This document shows positions 1-11,900 of a stretch of DNA of 49,858 nt, in pieces (positions within the stretch are counted from its first letter, which is position 1; every line of letters begins with the position of its first letter). A model generated the notes under the pieces. The model saw only the letters and a list, made by a program, of their open reading frames with translations. It ran no database searches and was not told where the DNA came from. The stretch is from Girardia tigrina (taxonomy: Eukaryota). Made by a program: the position numbers and the translations under genes. The stretch is from contig MQRK01215205.1 of NCBI GenBank assembly GCA_001938485.1, forward strand, positions 1 to 49,858, given 5' to 3'.

Positions 1-283
1 CCAAACACTTTATTGATATTGCGAGCCGTTTCTGCTGCTTTACGACCCAGTTTAAATTCGTACAAGAAAATTGCTCGAATTTTAATATTTTCCATTATTA
101 ATTTAGCACCGTAAATATTGTAAAAAATAACAGCAATATGTTAATAATGACTATAGGAATATACAGCTGGGTATAAGATTTCAAATAATATCTAACACTA
201 ATGTATTTAAACTTATATACATATCAAAGTAGATAAACAAATTATAAAGATAAAAAACCGCCATTATTTTTCGACCAACCTAA
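1..283 (-). mobile_element. 5' end of a cecropia-subfamily (Hsmar1-like) mariner: TIR, 5' UTR and transposase N-terminus (continues beyond window start)
   Basis: Minus strand reads TA + TTAGGTTGGTCGAAAAATAATGGCGGTT (Hsmar1-type TIR, ends at 283, TA at 284-285). ATG at 95 gives MENIKIRAIFLYEFKLGRKAAETARNINKVFG, matching the Hsmar1 N-terminus. Confidence 0.9.
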
Positions 284-728
284 TATTAATAAGATTTTAA
301 AAATATATTACCTTAATTTACTGCGGATAACCATTTCAATTTTCGATCATTAAGTTCCTTTTGAAAGTAATAATGTAATATAAATAATAAATAATGTGCA
401 GGCCGCACCAATAGACCTTTTGAAACATTGTCTTTTTCCACCGTATTACCCGTGGGTTATGCAGAGTAAATTAGGGTATTTAATAAAAACAAATATTCAA
501 ATTATCAAATATTGCTGATGATGATGTATGAAACATCAAAACATGTTGAATAATTAGATAACAAAAGTTTTAATCAATTTATATTTTCAAAATATTTAAC
601 TTGCATTCACAAGACTCAATATTATTTTTGAGTATTTGAATCCACTTTGTTCCCCAGATCTTAATAACAAATTCAGTGGTCTAATACGGATGGGGAACTG
701 TTTTATTTTTTATATTATCATTAATATT

Positions 729-732
<4 letters not shown>

Positions 733-763
<31 letters not shown>
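733..763. repeat. (TA)n microsatellite
   Basis: Direct reading of the sequence. Confidence 0.9.
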
Positions 764-768
<5 letters not shown>

Positions 769-1039
769 TATTTTTATACATATAATATATAATATATAAT
801 AATTAATATCTAATATCTAATTAATATATAATAATTAATTAGATAAAAATACTATTTAGTAAAAAATAATAAAAAGAAATTTATATGTATAATTTTAATT
901 AAAAAAAGTAATAAATTAAAAAAAGATAACAATAAATTAAATATTAAATTATATGTATATGTATATATATATAATTTTAGAATCAATATCGTTTATGACG
1001 ATATTATTGATTTACAATTAAAACTCTCATTATAGTTAT

Positions 1040-1720
1040 TGTTGGATTCTTGATCAATATTAGAATTCATAACACCAAAAATTTATTAATAACACAATTA
1101 ACAATTATTCAAACAATTTTTAATTAAAAATTTTTGTTGTAATAAAAATTGTTGTTTTTAATAAAAATTTTTGTAGAGGAACCTTTCTATCGTTTTCTTA
1201 ATGACCAGATTCTTATATAAATATATGAAATTATAAATATAAATAACTGATAAGTTTTATTAAAATTGAAAATTTTTAATTCTATTTATTTGAAAATTTA
1301 CATCCTTTTTTTTTAAATTAAAAACCAACAAAATTTTGTAGTCATATTTTTTACTAAATTAACCATAATGATATTTTATTATTTTAGAATTAGTTTAATG
1401 TTATTTCTTTTTTTAGAAACATTTCTAATTAATAAAGATTTCAACGTTTTATTTTTTTCAATATTTACAAATTTTATTATTTTTATGATACGTTAATGAT
1501 AAAAGTCTTAATTAAATTTTTTTTTATAAAACTATTTAGAATAACTTTTAAAATTATTACAACCTATTTATCATTGTATTTATATATATTTTTTTTAATC
1601 AATTATTTAAAAATCCATTATTTCCCAATTAATTTCATTTTAAGTTTTTTTTACACTACAAATAAAATTCGATTATTCTCGAAAATAACTTTTTTAAAAT
1701 TAATTACGATATTTTTTACA
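1040..1720 (+). repeat. Unclassified AT-rich interspersed repeat, uninterrupted copy
   Basis: Aligns by eye to ~21735-22281 plus 30020-30155, a second copy split by the LTR element. Confidence 0.75.
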
Positions 1721-2711
1721 TTATTAGAAAAACTTTTGATTTTAGTTTAGAAAAGTTTAGAAAACTTGATTTTAAATATTTACTTATTTTAAACATTATT
1801 TATAAAAAATTATTTATTCAAAAAATTAAAGGATGAACTTTTCAAATGAGTCCTTCACAATTATATAAATTAAAAACTCTATTTTAATCTACTTTATTTT
1901 GATCTTTGTTGTTGCAATGTATTTTTAAAAATGGAGCTCTTTCTACTCGATCGAATGTGTTCAGCAATGTTAGTTCGAAGATAACAGTTTGTCCCTCTTC
2001 AATGTAAAAGTCTTCGCAAAGTGATAATATCAAAAATGGTATAAACAATAATTCCGAACTAGTAAACATCTGATGGAAAAAATTATTAAAAAAATATGAA
2101 TAAGTACTTCACCAAATTTTAAATTGAAAGTAACTTTAACTAATAATTAAGTATCAATACTAGTGATAAGGATGTATATAAAAGGAAGATTTTGTACTAA
2201 TAATTCTGTGTTATAAGTTGTTGCAAAAAGAATGCAAGTTTTTGATTTTTTTTGTTTTTGACTGCCATTTTTTCATGCATCTGGACAAGTTCCTCTAGGA
2301 AAAATGTTTCAAAAACCAAGACGACGCCTTTAACTCTTTCATCGCATCCAGAACTCGGGAGTTCTACACTAGAGGCATCAATAAACATGTTTCTAGTTGA
2401 CAAAAATGTATTGATTCTGATAGTTTTTATTTCGATTATAAAGTTTATTCTGTGCTGAGTGACATTTGTTTAAAGTTTAGATTCAAAACCCTGCATTGCT
2501 TTTGCAACAACGTAATAATTACAATATTATCATGAATTTGGGCTATGGTTCTAAAGGAATGATTTTTTAAATAATAAATAGCACTATTTGTCGATATGAT
2601 TTTCAAGAGACTTCATAACAATTAATACTTAAATTGGTTTTAATGAGTTCAACATCTTCATGTCTTAATTTTGTAATCAATTTATGAACAATAATGCATT
2701 ACATATTTCAG

Positions 2712-2951
2712 GTTCTTTGTGAAGAGGATATTGCAAAATATGAAAAAATGTGTCTCGAGAACACTGAGAAATGTCATAAATGTCTTTTAACCGGATGCCC
2801 AGGATCTATTTTTTATACAGATCCAGATATCCAATATGGATGTAAAATTTGTACATTATACAATTGTATAAAATGCCAAGCCCCCCACAACTTTGTCACA
2901 TGTTCCCAATATGCAAACATGACACCACATCAACAACAAAGGATTTGCCAG
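2712..2951 (+). CDS. RBCK1: RBCK1-like exon encoding an additional IBR domain
   Basis: tttcag|GTT...CAG|gttatt; 240 nt, phase 0-0; VLCEEDIAKYEK..HKCLLTGC..CKIC..NCIKCQAPH..TCSQY. Splices in frame to the 8753 exon. Confidence 0.75.
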
Positions 2952-5900
2952 GTTATTTGATAATATTATTCAATATTTTACAAAGAATATTTTAAACATT
3001 TTATTTTTGCTATTCAAAAAGATCAATTTATAATTTAAAATACAGCGTATTTATAAAGTCACACAGGATATAACATAGTGGCAACGTTTTTGAAAAGAAA
3101 TAAGACAAGCGTATCAAATGTAAATTATTCTCCTATAACCGGAGATTGTATTCAAATAATAAATGTTCAAAAACTCCCTTTACTGCAATTATACCGTATA
3201 GGGAGATATTGAGTGATCACACGCTTTTTCTAACTCATAATGAGGTAAACTGAACACTTCCTCATAAATATACAGTATGATTCATAAGTCTGTTCACCCC
3301 TCATATTTTGATTACTTATTTTCTAACTAAAAATTTGACGTCATATTAATTTTGAATATTTTTATATCGTTTTTTTTATACTACACATTTGAATTTATAT
3401 GTTAAATATTGAATTTTTCATTAATGACTTAATTTTTTTAAATTTTAGATTTAATTAAATGTCAAGAGTATTTAGTGAATTTGAGCGTGGAATAATTGTT
3501 GCGCTTAAAAATACAGGAAGTACATGGAATGAAATAAAGGTCGAACTATTTACAAGATATAATAGAAATATTTCAAAATGTGGAATGCAAAAAATATGGG
3601 CGAAGTATTTAAAAACAGGAGAAGTGAAAGATCAGCCACGTGGAGGCAGACCTCATAAACTAAGCACCAGATCAGAAAGATTGATTAAACGCATAAGTCG
3701 TTTAAACAATGATATTTCCACGTTAAATATTACAAGGATATTTAATTCTTCTTCCTCCATAGCCATAAGTAAAGGATTTTACAGAAATATGGAATATGGG
3801 AATTCAAAGCTGTAAAAAAACCTTTCCTTACCGCTAAATAGAGACAAAGAAGAATGCAGTTGACTTTATATCAAAATTGGGATAAAGAAACTTGGTATTC
3901 TGTTATATTTAGCGATGAATGCATTTTCCAATGTTATAATCATCGTGGTAGACGTTGGATCAGATGAACTAGAAATGAAAGGCTCAAACTCGGAAACATC
4001 CATGAAACCATGAGCCACGGAGCCAAAGTTCATGTTGGGGATGCTTTTCGGCAAACGGGGTAGGTGTTCTTAGAAAAGTAGAAGTTTCAATGAATGTTCA
4101 AATGTATCAGGAAACTATAATACATGACATTGATATTATTGGAAAGTGCCTGGTATTTCCAAAACCACAATTCATTTTTCAGCAAGATTTTGGATATTTA
4201 ATTTCTCCTTAACATTTAATTTCTTAAAAAAGAAGGAAGTCGACCTTTTACCATGGCCAGGCAATTCACCAGACGCAAATCCTATCGAAAATGTATGGGG
4301 ACTTTTAAAAAGGAAACTACAGACGATATGGTGCACATCGTCAGAAGAGTTGTGGGTGGCTGTTCAAAAAATATGGTACGAACTATCAAAAGACTATTGT
4401 AAAAGTCTTGTTGAATCCATGCCTAGACGATTAAAAATGATAAAGGACATGAAAGGACATTCAACTAAGTATTGAAAGTTCCACGTAATAAATGTTTTGT
4501 TAAAAATTTGATCTTTTTCTCAAAAAATAAGGGGGTCGAACAGACTTATGAATCATACTGTACAATTTCAGTTCTTCAATTTTCACTGGATTTCGTTGGC
4601 GACAAATCGGGGGAACGTGAAGGCAATGAATTATTAAAATGTCTACTGATTATTCTTTCATGAAATCGTAAAGATAGATATGCCTTGAAATATTCTTCTA
4701 GAGAAATATCTTTTCTTTTTAAAAATAAGAATAACATGATCTTTCAGCATCTGAGAGTATCGATCATTGTTAACAGTATCATGGAAGAAATATGGAGAAA
4801 GCAAAATTTTTAATTGAAACTTGACCACAGAGTCACTTGTTGAAGAGAAAAATGATGTAGGTGTTATCAAGTAAGGATTATTATCAGACAATATGACACA
4901 ATTACGATTGAAAAAAAACTGTCATCAAGGTAAAATGAGCCTTGTCGGTCCATAAAACAGATAAAATAAAATTTTCATCTCCAATTGATCTTTCCGAAAA
5001 CCAATTTACATAAGTGACACTGGACTTAAAATCGACATCTCTGAGATCTTGGGCGCAATGGATACGATGTGGTTTCAGCTTTAATGTTTATTACAGGTTG
5101 GCAAAAAAAAACCGAAATTTGACAATTATTTTACTTTTTTTCACATTGTATTTTTGTATTTTTGTTTTTTTGTCACTCTAAATAAATTTATACATATCAA
5201 TTTATTGTATTTTTTTAGCATGTCTGAATACAGGAAATCAATTATAAAGTTACATCTACGAAGCAAATCAGAGCGTCAAATTGCTGAATCGCTAGGTGCA
5301 CCAAAAACCACTGTTCATGATATAATTTCCCGTTTCAATGAAACTGGTATAAATGAGCGTAGACCTGAAAGTGGACGACCCAGAACGGCGAGAACGAAAG
5401 CCAACGTACGTAGCATCAAGGGAAGAATCAAGTGAAACTCAAACAGCCGCAAGAACTCGATCAGAGAGATTGGCAAGGCATTGGACATATCAGATGGATC
5501 AGTCCGGAACATCCTTCACAAAGACCTTAGAATGAAGTCAAAAAAAGGCTAAGGGGCAGTTTTTGAACCAAAATGCTAAACAAAAAACCTGGATCCGATG
5601 CAAAAGGTTAAAAAGAAGATTCGCAGCCGGAAGACATCGCTCAATGATCTTCACCGATGACAAGTTGTTCAAAGACGAACAAAGCTTTAACTTTCAAAAC
5701 AATCACGATTGGTCAGTTGAGCCCCTCCCACTGGAGCAGCGCATTATCTTCCGCCAGCAAAAGTCGAAGCAAATCATGGTTTGGGCCGGGATCCATTGGT
5801 CGAAGGGCAAGACACCTCTTGTGTTCATTGCCGAATGTGTCAAAGTTTATGGTCGGGTGTATCGAGAAATGTTGGAAGATAAAGTTTTTCCGTGGGCAAG

Positions 5901-8900
5901 AATGGTGTTTGGAGACGAGCACTGGACATTCCAGCAAGATGGCGCCCCGTCCCACAAGGCTGTGGAAACCCAGGAGTTGATCGAAGCAAATTGCCCAGAC
6001 TTCATTTCTGTCCACAAAGACCCAATGGTGAATGGCCTCCGTGTCGCCCAGATTTGAACGTGATGGACTACAGCATTTGGAGTTGGCTGGAGGAAAGAGC
6101 GTATTCAAAACCGTGCCAGTCCATACAGTCGTCGAAAAAGAGTCTGAAAAAGGCATGGGATGAATTACCGTTGAAAATGATTCAGAAAGCGATTGATGAC
6201 TTCCCGAAGCGATTGCAAAAGTGTATTGATGCCAATGGCGGCCATTTTGAAAATAAATAAGTTGTATATACTGTTTTTGTTGATATTGTTATGTTTTGAA
6301 TAAATTTTGTTGAACGGAAAACAAAATAATTGTCAAATTTAAAGTGGTCGGTTTTTTTGTGCACCCTGTATTTTGTTGGGTATTACAATTAAATCTCGTT
6401 TTTATCTTTGTTTATATTAATCTACTAATCTGACTCCAAATCGAACAAAAGGTTTCTTCCAACAATAATATATGAAGAATGAACACAATTCTTTTTAATA
6501 AACTTTATTTGCAAATGACAACTTGAGCACAAAACTGAAATCGAAACTTTATCACTAAATCAAATGTTTGAAGCACACTCAATCAACACAAATCAATATC
6601 AATTTAGAAGGAGCGATACCTGAAAGTCTAACTTCAATCTTTCTCCTTTACAGGATACTAGATTGGTTAACAAAAATTAAATAAAAAGATTACCGTAATA
6701 CATGATGAAATTTAAAAACTTTGGTAGGGTCTGCAAGTATAATTATTGTCAGAAAATTTTGTGTGAATAATACTGAAATAATAATTGTTTATATACTAGT
6801 TTTATTCCAACCTTGAAAATTAGTTTGTGTGTGGATGTTTTTCGGTAGTTTTTGCATGTTCAAATGTTGTATGTTGATTTGGGATTGTGCCTCTCCTAAC
6901 CAGATGGATTATCAATATTTAATTTTTTATAATCTGAAACTAATTTATTTAAATTTAGATTTAATATTCAAATTTTTAGTTTTTATTATTGCAGCTTTTA
7001 AATAATTTTAATGATTTTATTTTTGTAAATTTTTAAATAATTGAAATCAAATTAATGTTTAAAAATGACTATAAAAATATTTTATTTAAACCAATAAAAT
7101 TTAAAGTAAATATTTTTAAATAAAATATTTTTCTCAAATTAGTTCAGATTATAATGGGAGATATTGAAAATTGATTGATGGATCTAAGTGAAAGCAATAC
7201 TATTGATCGTCATAAAGATGATAAAAATTGTGAATGTAATAAATGTTCTGTCAAATGTGTGAGTTCTCTTAACAAGCTGAATTGCAAACGTGAATTTTTA
7301 AACATTTTTCATATTAAATTGATATTTTTTTCCCAATAAATATATTTGTTCATATTTAATTGATAATTTTCATATTAAATATATATTTTTTTCATAATTG
7401 AATTAAAATTTTTTTTAAAAATTGCCGAGTTCGTGAATTCGGCAATTAAAAAAATTTGACATAACAGATCATACTTACTACTGCTAAAAGTTTTATAAAT
7501 AAATTTACCAAGGACCAAAACGGCGGTATCATCTTTCCAGTATCATCTAATCCTTCTTTTCTTATGATGGTGCCATAGAATTTCAATTGTCTTTTTTGAT
7601 TGATATGCTTGAGTTTCCTTTTCCATAGCCTGAGTGTGTCAATAAATCTTAATTAGAAATATGACTGGTGAAACTAATTAACATACCAGAACCATATCTC
7701 AGCTGCATCAATTCTCCTATCCATTTCTTGTGAAATCGTCCAACATTCTGAGTCATATAAAAAAAACAAGATAAAAGTAACATTCTAGAAGTCGTTGTCA
7801 TTGGGATTTTAATATTTGTGAGAAAAGTCTTCATTTTGAAGTTTGCATCAATTATCCAAGGAAATGCTTAGTTTGATCTCTTGATCATATCTGCCATCCA
7901 AAGTGAACAAGAAATGTAGTTGTGATATGTTTTATTTATTGTGTTGTGAGGAATATTTTAAATTATTTAAATGTGTAAATGTGTGGATGATGTATGTTGA
8001 TTTAAGTATGTTGAATTTAGAATGGTGATTCTCCCACCCAGATGGAAATTGGTATTTTTTTATTAAATTTAAAGTGATTGACTTTTCGAACATAATTAAA
8101 ATAATCATCTTATAAGTTCATATTTTTTATTTCACAATTAAAATTAAGTTTAATAATTTTTAGTAAAATTTAAATTAAATGTATTTTTAATAATTTGATG
8201 TCAATTTTATTATTATGGGATTTATTGAGAAATGGTAAAAATTAATATTTTTAATTAATATTTTTTAGAGGTTAAATATTTTAAAAAATAACTTAGAAAA
8301 ATTGTTCGAATAATCATTATTAAAAACGGAAATAAGAAAACCAATTAGAACGATGGCAAACGATGAAAGACCTACTGAGAGTTTTAATGACTCTAAATGT
8401 AATTGCAATAAAGATTAAAATGAGACTTGTCTAAATGTTCTTAATGATTTTTTATATATTTATATTTATGATTTTTGTATAGTTTTTGTAATGTATTTTT
8501 TTGTGTTTTCCAATATGATTAAAAGATTAGATAAATATATAAAATAAATAGTTTAAATATATTGAAATTAAAATTTAAATAATAAAAATGTTTAAATAAT
8601 AAATAATATAAATAGTTAAAAGGTGAAAAATGTGATTCATTAATGACGTTTATAACGAATTGAATTTATCGTATTATCATTAAACCTATTATCAAACTAA
8701 TCAATATGATTCATACTCTGTTAATATACATTGATTTTATTTTAAAAAATAGGAGGAAAACTATAGAGCCTCTTTAGAATTACGACGAGTCCAAGGAATA
8801 GCAAACAGGGATCAACTGATGACGTATGAAAATCAAGACATACTTTCTAATGATCGGGTCTTTGAGTGTAAGTTTTGCACACTTTCGTTGGGTAAAGGTG

Positions 8901-11900
8901 AAGGCGTACAGTTACGAAACTGTTCTCATTATATTTGCAAGTGAGCTTTCACTTTTTTATAATACTTCTATATTTTAATATGAATGTCAGTGTATCCACT
9001 ACTTCAAACACCATAGTGCCACATATTATGTTTAGCTAATATATTAAAATTGGTATATTTATGTATTTATCATATTATTATTTATGCATTAATTATAAAA
9101 TTATTTATTACGTCTTTATTATCACATTATTTTATGAAGTTATTATTTATATTTATATATTTTATTTATACTATTTATATTATTATAATACTTAAATTAA
9201 TTATTAATTCATATAATTTAAAAAATTCGATACATAAGAGGAATTGATTTTTGATATATTATGCCTTATAATAAATGATAAAATTATCCTTTCTCGGTTT
9301 CTCATACAAATAAACGACAAAAGCTATAAAGACGATAAAAACAATCACTCGAACGAATCCTCTCGGAATTCGACGAACACATTTCACAATTGGATGTCCA
9401 TATTCTAATATCCACAAAATCAAACAATTTGTTTTTTTTCGACAACACCGAACACAATCTCAATTTGACCTGTTCAATCATCAAGAAAATCCTCAATAAT
9501 CCCTCGATAGTGATAGTCGTTTCGGAATTGACGAAGAATCTCATCCGATAACAAATACATTCTTTTAACATTATCTATCAACTTTTACTACCTACGACTG
9601 ATATATTTATCGACTACTGGACAGAGTAATTTACTATTCGATAATTACATCTTGAACCCTTCTCTTGTGATTGACATTCAAAGACGTGCAAATTCACAGA
9701 AACAAAAGTTTATTAATCAAAGTATGAACCGTTGGCATCAATACATTTTTGCCAATGAGAAACAAGTTGTTTTATTCCATCAGCATAAAATGCANNNNNN
9801 NNNNNNNNNNNNNNNNNNNNNNNNNNNNNNNNNNNNNNNNNNNNNNNNNNNNNNNNNNNNNNNNNNNNNNNNNNNNNNNNNNNNNNNNNNNNNNNNNNNN
9901 NNNNNNNNNNNNNNNNNNNNNNNNNNNNNNNNNNNNNNNNNNNNNNNNNNNNNNNNNNNNNNNNNNNNNNTTTTATGCATTTCATCAATTTCATGACAGT
10001 ACCTCTCCGCTGTGATTGTTTCACCTGGATTCAAGAAACTATAGTGGATGATTCCAGCATCACACCACCAAACTGTCACCATAATCTTAATTCTAAAAAA
10101 CCTTATTCTAAAAAATAAGAGCAATATGTTAATAATGGCTATAGGAATATACAGCTAGGCATAAGATTTCAAATAATATCCAACACTAATGCATTTAAAC
10201 TTATATACATATCAAAGTAGATAAACAAAGTATAAATCTCAAAAACCGCCATTATTTTTCGACCAACCTAATATTTAACGATGAAAAGATTATTAAAAGT
10301 TTAAATAATTATCAAAATCAAGCGAAACTATTGTTTAGAAAAATGAATAATTTGTCTCACTCAGTTTGTTCCATTGAAAGTGATCAAAATATCTTTTATT
10401 ATTTGATGAATTGAGGAATTTGTTGTATCGTTTTAACTGAGAATGAATTCTCTAAGGCAAGAGCATTTGAATTTTTGAAAGAGATATCCCATGAGTTCCA
10501 TAATAAATATGGCAGTAAATTTGAAATTGAATCTAGACCGTATGGATTTATTGAGGTCGATAAAGATATTCAAAATTACCAAAGAAATATACAGACACCC
10601 GAACATCAATAACTCTTAATCAAATTAATTCTAATTTGAATGGTATTCAAAGAATTATGGTGAAAAGCATGAACGATGTAATTCAACGAGGAAAATCTCT
10701 TAGTGCTTTAGATGATGAATTGACAGACAGTTCTTCTCTTTCCAAAACATGGAGACACGGCTTCCTGTCCACCGGTCGTTCTCTGTCATTCCAACGATTT
10801 CTATTATTGTCCCATTTCCGTTGGTCACCTTCTTTAAACCTATTTGGGTTTTCATAACATTGTGTTCGTGGGTGTCCTCTTCTTTGACAGTGGCTACACT
10901 TAACTTTTGGACATTCTCTTCTAACATGACCTTCTTCATGGCACGTCCAACAAATTATTTTTTCTGACTTTATAATTTCGACTTGTACCGTTTCTCTTTA
11001 CTTCGTCGTTCATAGACCAAGTTTGATAGTTCTTTCTTACCAAACTTTTTCTTCACTAATTTTTCGATTATCTCATCTGCTTTGCGGAATGCAAGTGACG
11101 GGCCACCGCAACCTACTCTTAACTCTATGAGATCTTTCATCAAATCCAAAAAAGATTTCTCTTTTGAAAATGCTGCTAGCATTTTCTCTTCGCAAGTACT
11201 CCCTGAGGCCTTCTCGTATCTCCGAATCGAATCTGGAGTCAAGTAGGGTGTTACCAGTAGGATTTTTCTCTCCTCTGATAATCCCATAATCTTTGAATAC
11301 TTGTTAAAACTTATCAGGAATTCTTCTAATTTGTGCTCGGATCCATCGAATGTTTCTGGACCTTTGATGTTCGGAGTCACGTAGTGTGAAGTCTCCATGT
11401 TAAAAGAACTCACACATTTGACAGAACATTTATTACATTCACATTTCTTATCATCTTTATGATGATCAATAGTATCTTTCACTATAATCCATCACTCAAT
11501 TTTCAATATCTCCCATTATAATCTGAACTATACTTGAGAAAATTATTTTATTAAAAAATATTTAATTTAAATTTTATTGGTTTAAATAAAATATTTTTAT
11601 AGTTATTTTTAAACATTAATTTGATTTTAATTATTTAAAAATTTACAAAAATAAAATCAATAAAATTATTTAAAAGTTGCAATAATAAAAATTAAAAATT
11701 TGAATATTAAATCTAAATTTGAATAAATTAGTTTCATATTAACCCATTAATGCCGAGAATTATGTAATATGAATTTTTCTTTTTTATATGAATTATATGA
11801 ATTTATTTATATTTTATATGAATTTTTATTTTATCGATGTTCCGTATGTGTTCTGAACCTTCAGAGTACGCACATTATCAACGAAACATAGCTAAATGCA

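Noticed and set aside
1496-1750. Hydrophobic F/I/L/K-rich ORFs (also 9050-9247 and 18717-18941)
   Set aside because: Expected by chance in extremely AT-rich DNA.
1884-2560. Possible minus-strand exons (MFTSSELLFIPF... preceded by a 43-nt GT-AG intron) and exon-like patches at 310-700
   Set aside because: No continuous frame could be built and no family was recognised; it may be a decayed gene, but it is not supportable.
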